IMG/VR virus record: IMGVR_UViG_3300043422_000045
Coordinates: 32,001-96,000 of that record
DNA length: 64,000 nucleotides
Reading direction: 5' to 3' (one strand)
Source of the DNA: a virus
Taxonomy: Duplodnaviria > Caudoviricetes
The position numbers and the translations under genes were made by a program. The notes below the pieces were generated by a model. That model was not told where the DNA came from, did no database searches, and worked only from the letters and a program-made list of their open reading frames with translations. Position 1 is the stretch's first letter. The number at the start of each line of letters is the position of its first letter. Positions 22,201 through 32,317 of the stretch are shown in pieces.

Positions 22201-24028
22201 ATATGTAAATGATAATCTAGCAAATGATTATAAGTTTGCTGTTATCGTAAATTTACAAAAAGATTCAAATGAAACTAGTACAAGTATTGATGTTATTAAA
22301 AATGACAAATTTAAATTTATTTGTGTCTATGTTAATATTTCTTTACAAGAAAATAACGTAAAAGAAATATCTCATAAAATTTTATATGAATTAAGACACT
22401 CATATATTGAAAATACATTATCGAATAGTAAGATTCAAGGCGCTTTAAACATATATGAAGCTTATGCCAATATAATTAATTTAACTCCTACTACTGAAGT
22501 TGTAATAGATGGTTTAGAGGATATTGATGGTAAATCTCCAGCTTTTGAAAAACAAATTAGTATCACAGAACAAGGTGCTTATTCATATTTGTTATTTGAC
22601 TATAATGGTAACACATACGCTTTTCAAATTTCTAAAGTATTAAGTGATACGTCTATTAGTGTGATAGGTTATCCTAAATTATGGGATAATATAACCAATA
22701 CCGTAGGTGCTGACGCACCAGCTATAATAGAAATCACACCAGTTGATCAATCTAATTTAACTTATACATATTATGGTGGTGGATGGGACGCATTCAAGCA
22801 AAACCTGGATGATATTAAAGCTAAATCATTTAAAGAAACCTTTAATGATTTTACTAGAAAGGTAAATTATGTTAATGTGACAGAATCTGGAGATGTTGCG
22901 TATAATTCTTTTGTTTTAGAAGTTGAAAACGGAACACCTTTTTATAAAAATGCATATATTAAAACCGCGGTAGACGAAGATAAACCAAAATCTTACAAAA
23001 TATCTTCAGCCGAAGTTGGTAAAAAAATAGTTGAATCAGAGACTCCATATAGAACAATTTTAAGAAGAATGAACGGCTATTATGTACCATTAACCAAAGA
23101 TGTTTTATACTTCACTGACATATATTCAGAAAACAAAGCTTTAAAAAATAATGCAGTTCCAAATAGAGAATTGTTGATTTACAATAAATTCAATAGAACT
23201 GGAATTGCGTTTAGTTCTTATTTTGACACATTGGGTTTAAATGATTATGGAATAATTAAAAATTATTTTTATCATAAAGTAAATACTGAAGCACCAGATA
23301 GTACATTAAAATTGTCTAGCGGTACAGATAAATTACCTTTATATCCAAAAATTGGTGAAATAGCAATTGACAAAAGAGATTTAAATATATTACAGTCTAA
23401 ATACGCTGAAAATTACTATATTAAATCAGGCGCAAACAATGAATATTCATTTGTGTATGGCACTGTTAATCCAATTGAAGAAAAGGCTTTCATGGCCTCA
23501 ACAGTAATGAAGGTTTCTAACGTTTATGAAATATCTTCTTTTAGTGAAATTAAACTATCTAATATAGATGAATTAAATTCATATAGAGAAAATAACAAAG
23601 GCTCATATTCGTTGGCATGGACAGAAGTTGAAGATAAAATCTATGCTGATTTCTATGTTAAAAAAGCAGTCTTAGATGAATTATTAGAAAAAGGCATTAA
23701 GTCTTCCTTTGATAGTTATATCAATCCTTCAAAATCTTATGGTGATTTAACAACAACGTCTGACGATTTACAAGTATATTCAGAACAAAATATAGTACCG
23801 AGATTTATTATACAAAGCATTAACATATATGCTAAAGAAGGTAAAAATATCAGTTCTTCGTTTTTAAATCAAGCTGATCCTTTATTAATAGACACTGATA
23901 TTTATAAAAAACAAACTAATTATTCTACAGAAGGCTTTGTACAAGAACGTCTTAATTTTAGATTAATATATAATAAAAAACCGTCTTATAACTATGAGTT
24001 TAAAGTCGTTGTCAAAATAATAGCGTAA
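19277..24028 (+). CDS. Very large hypothetical virion structural protein
   Basis: 1583-aa ORF between structural genes and the fibre genes. Confidence 0.5.
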   Translation: MSLSTNFNTANNQIDDLSFGILRTNPKLSTNIKLVVNSSGSLYMDSIDANATLASASFKKFPINPSGFYSTDVSRFYRDLPLNLRYDIFKQNSDLSVFGDYSKQFEDQYQYGASFNSTKLYDEQYKFLAPIWLDKKTPNHFVIYRVEATDYDTLLDDSLVSQNNRIMQLLNKATIVKTFDITNTSNLGKYINNHVNSPSFPVAPIIQNFDANSHTTYCGIDIVKGGFVEKREYTNKDLLVDKIEILNNQIITEGFERNQLAVANLLNIEFLFDDELATDYKIYRYFGLYVDALYEGEFKVNDIINNDAEQSIIIENNGILSYYDLPNGISHQDMFLNTKDLSYPTLNWIKSPYNNFFHVKNGVNFDNTKKLPVSLDNKTITEFTDDVLAGTLKISILTKDAKDFIKFKITEAPHHGDKLYLTAISEFKADNFNLTPFTYMADNYLQAGKFEQQRYSTQGDLKHILHALASCITHSDNPFVATIVDDAIVIEDYAQGYDRNSVAFGVRTGNISDFINVISGKISNIDNSILPVSSLVDFNDWTNYAMTGGKDENRFIYLEKQQLGNLRKGHIIKDPVFNTKSEVLEILEDAFDSNFYRVCLSKKINKLNTYTNLNYYQSPVTYFGKFSAYNLKDFDFDFYDTSNSNYAELALDDLIVASSVEGSYYKYYNLACSQAFLINHDEYYPGLSSLSEADVVNRLENVGNDFDKDSSIVIKDLKIYSEYDRLHENELKETALLSRVVPHINKFALKDSFNARMNPYLFTVSEAFGSDNMSPNVESGLERNPLDYNMEYFHINQIPTLFKYDSNNFSKLKSYVNFLNDGELTIDNLKSIDRDYFSKYFVWEGAYLDFSKVINISSANGATYITFDKPIDGNIVTNTGITKKNGVFVPLTLPFLNADKTILTCLGNIPTQNGIVVGDLFQINNANVQFIKNKTKKLYTKFNKGDAYNFSDTIFRGLKYVYKSRKENVKIIPSEYVNDNLANDYKFAVIVNLQKDSNETSTSIDVIKNDKFKFICVYVNISLQENNVKEISHKILYELRHSYIENTLSNSKIQGALNIYEAYANIINLTPTTEVVIDGLEDIDGKSPAFEKQISITEQGAYSYLLFDYNGNTYAFQISKVLSDTSISVIGYPKLWDNITNTVGADAPAIIEITPVDQSNLTYTYYGGGWDAFKQNLDDIKAKSFKETFNDFTRKVNYVNVTESGDVAYNSFVLEVENGTPFYKNAYIKTAVDEDKPKSYKISSAEVGKKIVESETPYRTILRRMNGYYVPLTKDVLYFTDIYSENKALKNNAVPNRELLIYNKFNRTGIAFSSYFDTLGLNDYGIIKNYFYHKVNTEAPDSTLKLSSGTDKLPLYPKIGEIAIDKRDLNILQSKYAENYYIKSGANNEYSFVYGTVNPIEEKAFMASTVMKVSNVYEISSFSEIKLSNIDELNSYRENNKGSYSLAWTEVEDKIYADFYVKKAVLDELLEKGIKSSFDSYINPSKSYGDLTTTSDDLQVYSEQNIVPRFIIQSINIYAKEGKNISSSFLNQADPLLIDTDIYKKQTNYSTEGFVQERLNFRLIYNKKPSYNYEFKVVVKIIA

Positions 24029-24029
24029 C

Positions 24030-26159
24030 ATGTCTATCATAATAAAAGAATTATTTGAAAGTGATTTAGATCAATATAACAATGATTGGTGGTCATCTAA
24101 AAAAATTGAAAAGTTAAATTTCAATTTTGATCAAATTCTAATATCCGGCGGTGGACCAATTGGACCTCATGGTTTTCCAGGAGATCAAGGTTTAGATGGA
24201 GCAAAAGGTCCAATTGGACCGCAAGGTGCTATCGGTTCTCAAGGCGCTATTGGTTCTCAAGGTGCAGATGGAGAAACTGTTTGGCTTAAAAATGAAAGCG
24301 AAACTATAGAAAATATCACTTTAAAAATAAATCAATTTGGTAAATACAATCCTACTAATTTTTTATTCGGTATTTCTAATAGTTCAGACGCGTTAAACGA
24401 ATATAACGTGCCTAAAATAGGTATTTTAGGTAAAATTCATACAAACGGAGGTTACAATCAAAAGAATGTTGTTTTTTCTGATGAAGAATCAGATCAAATA
24501 GTTTCATTAAATTTATTTAAAGAAAATCAAAATACAATATTAGAATATGGTTTTGATGACACTACTAATACTGAGTTTGAATTGATAAGTGATGAAGCAG
24601 TTTTAACGTATAACATTAATCCTAGTACAGCTTCTACATTTGGTAATTTTAAAGCATCATTATTTAAAATAAAATCTTTAGATTCAAAGTTTGGCGATAC
24701 AGCAGAAACCAACGAAATACAAGGTTCTACTAAATTTAATACTGAAACTCCAACCCCGAATTGGATTGCACAATCAATTGACACAAATGGTAAAATAAAA
24801 TGGGTAGATCCTCTTAAAGTTATACCTGGTTTTCCAGTTGGTAGTATTATTGCTATCAATGCTTCACAGTTTAATAGTAATAATTTTTTAATTAATGAGA
24901 CCAAAACTGTTACTATTGATTATTTACAAAACACAAATGGATCTGGTAAAACAGGTACAATGTATCAGGGCTGGTATATATGCAATGGTAAAACTTGGAA
25001 AAAGGGGGTTATCTCGTATGACTTGCCAAACTTAAATGCGTATAAATATGAAATAGGTGAAGACACTTCCGGAAATTCTAACCAAGAACATGCAATTTCA
25101 AATACAGCTAAATTAGCTATTTTAGGAGGTTCTGATTTAAAATTGAACATTACGCAATCAGGTGGTTCTTATAGTTCAAGCTACACTAATCACGAGACGT
25201 CTAATCAAATTGAAACATTTAATTCAGTTGGTTCAATATCGCAAGCTGATTCTAAATTAATTTATATATGTTATTTAAAAGAAACTGACATGCATTGGGA
25301 AGATGCTGCTGTCATTCCTCCAACACCTGCATTATACGATATAAATTTATCTTATAGCTCATCGTCAAATGCAAATGCTTGTTTAAATCAAACTACAGCT
25401 TTTAAAATAGATTTTGATCCTGTTTTATGGACTAATTTTACAGCTAATTTAACTGGTAAATTAATTTATAATAATTCAGGTACTGCTATAGCAGTTGATG
25501 GAATATACGCAAAAGATGGAGTAGTTAGAATATTTGTTGGAGGCACGTTTGTTCAAGTCCAAAGTTGTCCTATCGTAAACAGTTTTGTGGCTACTTTAGG
25601 TCCTAACATGTTTAACTTAAATGGTTCGACCGCGCCTTATTCTGGTACTAATATGACTTTGTATTCAGATAACGCTTCTTTTGCAAATGCAACTAAATTA
25701 TATACAAATGCAGCTTCTACACCTTTCTATTATGCGCCAAACGGCTGGTATAGAGTAGGTGCTTCTAGAAGATATTGGAGTCAAATTGATGGATCATTTG
25801 TTGGTCTAGATGTTTTTGGAGATTATATCTTTAATGTATTGGCTACACAATTAAGTCCAAGCGCTGAAGGATATTATATGGCTAAAGCAACATCTAGTTT
25901 TAATTATTGCAACGGAGTATATGATTCCACGATGTATCTTTATACTGATGATGATTCATTTATGAGTGCAGCTTCTTTTTTAGGACCTGTTTATAGAAAC
26001 ATGTATAGTTTAACGGGCAATGAGGGTTATGAACCTTTGATGTTGATAGAAAACAATGCAGTGTATGGTCCTGAGAATGACCTTTTCTATAGAAAATGTG
26101 ATAGCGATGGAGTATTACAAAGTAAAACTAAATGTAGTGGAACTAATAAGTTTGTTTGA
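24030..26159 (+). CDS. Collagen-repeat tail fibre with tail-collar-like domain
   Basis: Gly-X-Y repeats near the N-terminus; PVGSII...GWYICNG...LPNL collar motif. Confidence 0.7.
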   Translation: MSIIIKELFESDLDQYNNDWWSSKKIEKLNFNFDQILISGGGPIGPHGFPGDQGLDGAKGPIGPQGAIGSQGAIGSQGADGETVWLKNESETIENITLKINQFGKYNPTNFLFGISNSSDALNEYNVPKIGILGKIHTNGGYNQKNVVFSDEESDQIVSLNLFKENQNTILEYGFDDTTNTEFELISDEAVLTYNINPSTASTFGNFKASLFKIKSLDSKFGDTAETNEIQGSTKFNTETPTPNWIAQSIDTNGKIKWVDPLKVIPGFPVGSIIAINASQFNSNNFLINETKTVTIDYLQNTNGSGKTGTMYQGWYICNGKTWKKGVISYDLPNLNAYKYEIGEDTSGNSNQEHAISNTAKLAILGGSDLKLNITQSGGSYSSSYTNHETSNQIETFNSVGSISQADSKLIYICYLKETDMHWEDAAVIPPTPALYDINLSYSSSSNANACLNQTTAFKIDFDPVLWTNFTANLTGKLIYNNSGTAIAVDGIYAKDGVVRIFVGGTFVQVQSCPIVNSFVATLGPNMFNLNGSTAPYSGTNMTLYSDNASFANATKLYTNAASTPFYYAPNGWYRVGASRRYWSQIDGSFVGLDVFGDYIFNVLATQLSPSAEGYYMAKATSSFNYCNGVYDSTMYLYTDDDSFMSAASFLGPVYRNMYSLTGNEGYEPLMLIENNAVYGPENDLFYRKCDSDGVLQSKTKCSGTNKFV

Positions 26160-26205
26160 TAAAATATTAGACAGATAAATAGATAATAAAAAGACCAGTA
26201 TTATA

Positions 26206-28476
26206 ATGAATTTAAAACAAATATTCGTAATTGACACCGATAACGAGAAGTTAGACAAGGTTAATTATAACTTCGATCAGATTATTGCAAACGGAGCAGG
26301 CCCAATGGGTGCTCAAGGTGCAATAGGTGCTCAAGGTTTTACTGGTTTGACAGGTGATCAAGGACCTCAGGGTGCACAAGGACCACAAGGTGCTCAAGGA
26401 CCTTCAGGTAATGATGGCGATACTTCGTGGAAAATAAATGAAGGTACAAATAACGTAACTCTTGTACCTATTCATGATGATTCAGTATATACAAATCCAC
26501 CTTCTATTATAATAGGTATTGATAAAGCAGATCCAAGATATAATGATGTTTTGACAGACGCTACTTTGTGGATTCATAGAAAATCTAGTGTTTTCAACGA
26601 TAACTTTCAATTGACTGACGATAGTAGTGGTTCTACAAAAGTTTCTTTTAGATTATTTAAAAGTGCAGGCGTTGTTAAATATGCAGAAGGATTCTTTTCA
26701 GGCGGTGGAGCTATAAGATATGTTGCTGATAAATTTATTTACAAAAATGCAACTACTGAATTTGCTAATTTAAGTGCAACACAATTTAATGTCAAAGTAC
26801 CTTCTTTATTTGAAGGTAATTCTGAATTTAAAGGAGCTAATTTAAAAATCAATGTTGGTTCTCCAGCTGTTGATAAACTTTTAACGTCAACCGATAACCA
26901 AGGTACAGTTGCTTGGAAATCTATTACAGAGATACAGGCCGGTGTTCCAGTTGGAACTATAGTTCCAATTTTATCTTCTATTTTCAATGATTCAAATAAT
27001 TTTGATAAAGGTTTTAATTTGCCAAACTCTACTTCACCATTAGAAGTTTATTTTGGTAGAGGTAAAAATAATTATAGAGGATGGTACTTATGCCATGGTG
27101 AAAACTGGATTAAACCTAACACATCTAATACATATACTGTTCCAGATTTATCTTCTTTTACATATCATATCGATGCCAATCCCTCTGGAGCTGGTCAAGG
27201 TGTTGCCGGTAAAACAGATAATGTACAAACTATTGTAGGTGGAAGTGACATGTCAATGACGGCTGTTTTTGCAGGTGGACAATATAGTATCACATCATCG
27301 TTTGACACATCGTCAGTTTCTATATACAATCCAAGTTCAGGTGGAACTCAACTTGAAATGCAAAGATTTATATACGTTGTATTTTTAGGAGAAGATAATT
27401 TGTATTGGCAAGATAATGGAACAATATCAGGTAATAATTCTGATTTAGTATTTAATAACGTAACTTTTAAATATGCAGATAACAATGTAATAACGCCAAC
27501 ACAAACACTTATTCCTTCCAATTTAGGATCTTCTAGTTCTGGCGGAACTGCAATGGGTACACTAGTAGTACCAGGAAATAATCCATCATACAATGATTGG
27601 AATTCTGTTTATAATTCAGGTTCATGGACACAATCTACTTTAGATAATGCTTGGAAAAATCCAAGTTTACAATATTGGACAGGAGCCGCAGGAGAAGATG
27701 TTAAATTATATACAGATACAAATTTAAATTCATTCGTTCCTCAAGGAACTTGGATTAAAAATAGCTATTTAAGATTTGTTAAATCTTCAGATGGTAAAGT
27801 ATTTGACAACGGCACAGGATTTCAAGAAGGAGATGATGCTATGACAATATTAGTAGTTAGTAATACACACTCTAATGGTAGTACTGCAGCAACTTCTTTG
27901 ATAAATACCAATTTTACTTTAAATTCAAATGTTACATCGCCAACATGGAAAGGATCAGCAACTTACGCATATCAATGGCAAATTAGTACAGATAATACAA
28001 CGTGGTCTGACATTTCAGGCGCTACATCGGCTAGTTTAACAACTACTCAAGCTGGAACAGGTACTGTTTATTATAGAGTAACTGCAAAAATAAATGAGTC
28101 TGGAACTAATGGCGTTGGTAAATCTTTTTATGCGACTACGCCAATTATAATGACATTTTTAGGTAATACAATTTCTGGAAATACAGTAGTGAATTGTTCT
28201 ACACCAACAGTTGCAACTGGTTACATTACGATTAATGTTGCGCCTGCTACTATAAAATACTCAACAATAGGTGGATATTCATCTAATAATTGTTTTTGCG
28301 ATAGTTCTTTAGATATTCAAAATGTTGGATCTTATTCTACTTATAAATCAAATCAACAACAAGATGAACAGCTAATAACAATATCAAGCGTTGGAACTTA
28401 TTCATTCACATTAAATGCAATAGGGCCAGTATGTGGTACATGTGGAAGCTGGGACACTAGAATTCAATTACAATAA
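26206..28476 (+). CDS. Collagen-repeat tail fibre, paralog of the preceding gene, with Ig-like C-terminal domain
   Basis: GAQGPQG repeats; PVGTIV...GWYLCHG...VPDL; YAYQWQISTDNTTWSDISGATSASL Ig-like motif. Confidence 0.7.
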   Translation: MNLKQIFVIDTDNEKLDKVNYNFDQIIANGAGPMGAQGAIGAQGFTGLTGDQGPQGAQGPQGAQGPSGNDGDTSWKINEGTNNVTLVPIHDDSVYTNPPSIIIGIDKADPRYNDVLTDATLWIHRKSSVFNDNFQLTDDSSGSTKVSFRLFKSAGVVKYAEGFFSGGGAIRYVADKFIYKNATTEFANLSATQFNVKVPSLFEGNSEFKGANLKINVGSPAVDKLLTSTDNQGTVAWKSITEIQAGVPVGTIVPILSSIFNDSNNFDKGFNLPNSTSPLEVYFGRGKNNYRGWYLCHGENWIKPNTSNTYTVPDLSSFTYHIDANPSGAGQGVAGKTDNVQTIVGGSDMSMTAVFAGGQYSITSSFDTSSVSIYNPSSGGTQLEMQRFIYVVFLGEDNLYWQDNGTISGNNSDLVFNNVTFKYADNNVITPTQTLIPSNLGSSSSGGTAMGTLVVPGNNPSYNDWNSVYNSGSWTQSTLDNAWKNPSLQYWTGAAGEDVKLYTDTNLNSFVPQGTWIKNSYLRFVKSSDGKVFDNGTGFQEGDDAMTILVVSNTHSNGSTAATSLINTNFTLNSNVTSPTWKGSATYAYQWQISTDNTTWSDISGATSASLTTTQAGTGTVYYRVTAKINESGTNGVGKSFYATTPIIMTFLGNTISGNTVVNCSTPTVATGYITINVAPATIKYSTIGGYSSNNCFCDSSLDIQNVGSYSTYKSNQQQDEQLITISSVGTYSFTLNAIGPVCGTCGSWDTRIQLQ

Positions 28477-28488
28477 AATTTAATTAAA

Positions 28489-29319
28489 ATGAACTTTATT
28501 AATTCGATCTATAATTTTTTAAAAGGCTTAAATAAGAATACTATTATTTTTATTTTAGGAGCTTTATTTGTCTTATTGTTTTTAAAACAATGTAATGATA
28601 AAACAAATCTAAAGGCTGAATTAAATCAAGTTAAAATTGAAGCTGAAAGATCTCATAATAATTATGTAGCTGCTCAAGATACTATCAAATATTATAGAGC
28701 TGAAAACGGCGGCTTAATAGCAGAAAAAAGAGCCTTTGTTTTTACTCAAGATGAATTTGAAAAAAACTATAAAGATCTTAAAGCTGAATATACAAGTGCT
28801 TTAAACTTAGGTAAAAACTTGAGTAAGCAAAATGTTTTACTAAAATCACAGATAGAGATTTTATCTACTATTAAACCAGCCGGTACAGTAGCTCAGCTTA
28901 ACGATTCATCTACGTTTATTAATTTTACTAAGTTTGATGATTTTGGAATGGGTAATTCTAGAACATTTACAGGTAAAGCTAAGATTTTATATTTTGATAA
29001 AAAATTCTTATTAGATAGTACGCAAACTCAATTTGATATTAAGCAAAACATAAATTTATATGTATCTATAGATGAATCCAACGGATATAAGCAAGTTAAA
29101 ATGGCATCTTCATACCCAGGTTTAAATGTCTTAGATATTGAAAATATAAATTTGATAAATAATAAACTGAATGAAGCTCCTAAAAAGAGAGATCGTTGGG
29201 TTATGGGAGTTGGAGTTGGTTATGGCGTTTCATTAGTAAACGGATCAACTTTAAGTTTATCACCATGGATTGGCGCATCTTTACTATGGACACCTAAATG
29301 GTTACAATTCGGAAAATAA
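28489..29319 (+). CDS. Membrane-anchored coiled-coil protein with C-terminal amphipathic beta-hairpin (spanin-like)
   Basis: N-terminal TM helix ending LKQC, a coiled coil, and C-terminal RWVMGVGVGYG...PWIGASLLW of the type seen in Bacteroidota phages. Confidence 0.5.
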   Translation: MNFINSIYNFLKGLNKNTIIFILGALFVLLFLKQCNDKTNLKAELNQVKIEAERSHNNYVAAQDTIKYYRAENGGLIAEKRAFVFTQDEFEKNYKDLKAEYTSALNLGKNLSKQNVLLKSQIEILSTIKPAGTVAQLNDSSTFINFTKFDDFGMGNSRTFTGKAKILYFDKKFLLDSTQTQFDIKQNINLYVSIDESNGYKQVKMASSYPGLNVLDIENINLINNKLNEAPKKRDRWVMGVGVGYGVSLVNGSTLSLSPWIGASLLWTPKWLQFGK

Positions 29320-29331
29320 TAAATAATATAA

Positions 29332-31377
29332 ATGGCTAGATCATCAAAATTTTTAAGATTAGATAAAGACGTATTGCTGGAATTCATTTACCACGATCAG
29401 TCTAATCCTGCTTTGTCTACTATTGAAACTGATAATAATGGAAGCCATATTAAATTTTTAAATACGGTTGACGGAGATAATACAGCGCCAAGATACTTAA
29501 TTCACGAATTAGGTGGAGATGTTGTTAATTTTACTGTAGATATTTCAGGTATTTACATTGCAGTAAACAATTTTTCTAGAAGAGAATTACAATTACAAAA
29601 TGGCAAAACTTACGAGTTTGATTTATCTAATTTGGCAATACCTTCTAATTTTTCTATTAATGCAGGTGGTAGTTTTACTATAATTGGCTCTAAAGCTATT
29701 TATGTTCCTAATACAAATGGAACTTATTCATATTCATATAATGATAATGGTATCACTTATAACGGTGGTTCAATTGTAGTAAGTGATAAAGCTAATCCTT
29801 TATTTGCAACGCCAGATCAAGAAACTGGAAATACAATTAAAACCGGAACTGGTGAAGTTGGTAGATACTACGCAGTAGAATATAACACTGACGGAACTAA
29901 ATTTGCATTATTAGACAATACTTTAGGTTACTTAGCTACTCAAAATTGGAATGGTAGTACATCTATTTCTAATGAAGTTATTGCAAGTAATTTAGTTAAC
30001 TACGATACTATAAGATTGCACTTAAGAACTGGATTTTCATTCTCTAATAGAGGATATGAAGGTTTCTTATTTCAAGTAAAAGCTAAAAGAAATTCAGGTG
30101 TTTACAATTACTTTACTTCTTTAGCATATTTAAATTATTCAAACTACGAACTTCAAAATCCAACACCTTTTGTTTTAGGAGGAGTTGCATTTTCTAAATT
30201 CATTGAAGTTAAAGTACCTTCATTAGTTGACATGTATGATAATACATTAAACTTAGATTTTGAAGAAGCATTCTTTGGAACTCAAGGTACACAAGATGCT
30301 TTAAATCCTACTTCTAATTATGAAATAGTTTTTAAATTAATCGATAGTGTTTATGAAGTTAATAATGTAAAATATGTAGATGCTGCCGAAGTTCTATTAG
30401 TTACATTAGCTCAAGAAGATGAATATCAAGATATTTCAGCTGTTATTGAAGAAGCAGCTGACGGAGATTACTTTAAAATCTATGGATTAAAAGATGGATC
30501 TATTGATAATTTTGCTAGATATGTAAATCTAAGACATCAAACTTCAGGAGATGACATTACAGTATTTCATGATATAGAAGTTTTAGAACAATCTGGAAAT
30601 ACATTTAATCAAACTTCAAATGTAACTTATGCCCAAGTTGATAATTTAGACAAGCCTATTTTATTTAGACCTATTATACAATCTGCTAATATATCAAATT
30701 CTTTTTTAATTAATTATACATTAAGAATTTACAACGAAACAGATAATACTCAAATCGTAAAGCAAGCTTCTTTAATTTATAAGAAACCTAGCAAGTACGC
30801 TAAGAGAATGATTCAATTGAATAATGTTTTAGCAACTACTAAAGTTTACAATAAAATTGCTAGCACAGCTGCAAGTTCTTCTATTAATAATTTTGTTAAT
30901 TCTATTAGACCTTCAGTTGGCGAAACTAAATATGTACCAGTTGCAGTGAATACAACTAACATTAATGTATCAAGCACGAACGTACAATTAGATGGAGCAA
31001 ATGTAACTGCTTTAAATAATATGACATATTATGGAATGGGTCAGGGCTCTATAACGCTTTCTAAAGTTTCAGATAATTTTATCAAGTTTAGAATTGCACA
31101 ATTAGAAGCTGATACTTTAAAAGAAGTTTCATTGGTAAATGCTGAACAAATAGAATTGATATTAAAAAGTGGAAACATCGAACAAATCATATATGCAGAT
31201 CCTACATTTCCAAATGTAGATATGGGTAAAGGTGAAGTTTTATTTAAAATTGATAAATCTGTTGCAACAAGATTTGATCAACCAGATGCTAATATAGCAA
31301 GCGATACATTTTACATAAATATTAAAAACGGTTCAACATCATCTATGTTGTATCATGGAACAGTAAACATCATATAA
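29332..31377 (+). CDS. Hypothetical virion structural protein
   Basis: 681-aa beta-rich ORF coupled to the tail-completion gene. Confidence 0.45.
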   Translation: MARSSKFLRLDKDVLLEFIYHDQSNPALSTIETDNNGSHIKFLNTVDGDNTAPRYLIHELGGDVVNFTVDISGIYIAVNNFSRRELQLQNGKTYEFDLSNLAIPSNFSINAGGSFTIIGSKAIYVPNTNGTYSYSYNDNGITYNGGSIVVSDKANPLFATPDQETGNTIKTGTGEVGRYYAVEYNTDGTKFALLDNTLGYLATQNWNGSTSISNEVIASNLVNYDTIRLHLRTGFSFSNRGYEGFLFQVKAKRNSGVYNYFTSLAYLNYSNYELQNPTPFVLGGVAFSKFIEVKVPSLVDMYDNTLNLDFEEAFFGTQGTQDALNPTSNYEIVFKLIDSVYEVNNVKYVDAAEVLLVTLAQEDEYQDISAVIEEAADGDYFKIYGLKDGSIDNFARYVNLRHQTSGDDITVFHDIEVLEQSGNTFNQTSNVTYAQVDNLDKPILFRPIIQSANISNSFLINYTLRIYNETDNTQIVKQASLIYKKPSKYAKRMIQLNNVLATTKVYNKIASTAASSSINNFVNSIRPSVGETKYVPVAVNTTNINVSSTNVQLDGANVTALNNMTYYGMGQGSITLSKVSDNFIKFRIAQLEADTLKEVSLVNAEQIELILKSGNIEQIIYADPTFPNVDMGKGEVLFKIDKSVATRFDQPDANIASDTFYINIKNGSTSSMLYHGTVNII

Positions 31378-31928
31378 TGATTTTAAATAGTAGAAACAAT
31401 TTATTTAACTTTAAGTTACCTAGGACTTTTATTCCTAAGGAAGTTGCTGACAAATATAAAAAATATTTGAACAGAATTCCTGGTAATTTAATAACTGAGC
31501 CTATTGACTTTGTTAATTATTCTATTCAAGGTATCAATTTACCTGGTTTAAGTTTTGATCCTATTAGTCAAAATAATAATGATGGTACCACTAGATATTT
31601 TAGAGGAGCAATACCTATTCAAAATGTAATTGACAGAACATTTACAATTAAGATGCAAATGTTAGATGGATATATTAACTATTGGATTATGCAAGACACT
31701 CTTTTGTATTATTATTCAAAAGCTGTTAAAGAACCATATACTTCTGATTTAAAATTACAAATCATGGATGCAGAAGGAATTCATTTAGTTTCTGCAGTGT
31801 TTGAAAAACCAATATTACACCAAATTTCAGAGATTGATCTAAATATGAGTTCTAACATTGCTGAGTTTGATACTTTCGAATTATCATTCACGTATAATAA
31901 ATTTAATATCGAACTAGAAATAGACTAA
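31377..31928 (+). CDS. Tail tube-fold protein (gp3 tail completion / gp19-like)
   Basis: FNFKLPR...SIQGINLPGLSF...F.LSFTYNKF pattern; about 180 aa. Confidence 0.6.
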   Translation: MILNSRNNLFNFKLPRTFIPKEVADKYKKYLNRIPGNLITEPIDFVNYSIQGINLPGLSFDPISQNNNDGTTRYFRGAIPIQNVIDRTFTIKMQMLDGYINYWIMQDTLLYYYSKAVKEPYTSDLKLQIMDAEGIHLVSAVFEKPILHQISEIDLNMSSNIAEFDTFELSFTYNKFNIELEID

Positions 31929-31938
31929 TATATAGGAT

Positions 31939-32307
31939 ATGAAAACATTTGTACAACACTTAGAAGAGCAAAAAGTAACCGGTTCAGAATGGACTTTATT
32001 ACAAGAATCTTTAACTTCTGAACTTACACCAGAATTAGAAGAAAAAATAGATAGAGCTATTGATGAATTTATGGCTCAATACACCAATGAAGATGGTATC
32101 GTTGAAATCACAAGATTTAATGAAGACGTTACCAATGAAGGTTTCTTAGGTTCTATTTTAGGCGGTTTAACTGGCTTTGCATTAGGAACTACAGTTGGTA
32201 AAATAGTTGCTAAAGCTTTAGGTGTACAATCTGGTATTTTATACGATTTACTAACTTCTAGATTAGTTGGAGCCGCAGTAGGTTCTGCTCTTGGTACTAG
32301 ATTCTAA
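31939..32307 (+). CDS. Small protein with CTS-like N-terminus and glycine-zipper C-terminus
   Basis: MKTFVQHLEE; VTNE/GFLGSILGGLTGFALG...GAAVGSALG. Confidence 0.5.
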   Translation: MKTFVQHLEEQKVTGSEWTLLQESLTSELTPELEEKIDRAIDEFMAQYTNEDGIVEITRFNEDVTNEGFLGSILGGLTGFALGTTVGKIVAKALGVQSGILYDLLTSRLVGAAVGSALGTRF

Positions 32308-32317
32308 TTCATTTAAT

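Noticed and set aside
24150-26420. Short tandem DNA repeats (caaggtgct-type) as a possible CRISPR array or VNTR
   Set aside because: They encode Gly-X-Y collagen repeats; there is no repeat-spacer structure and no cas genes.
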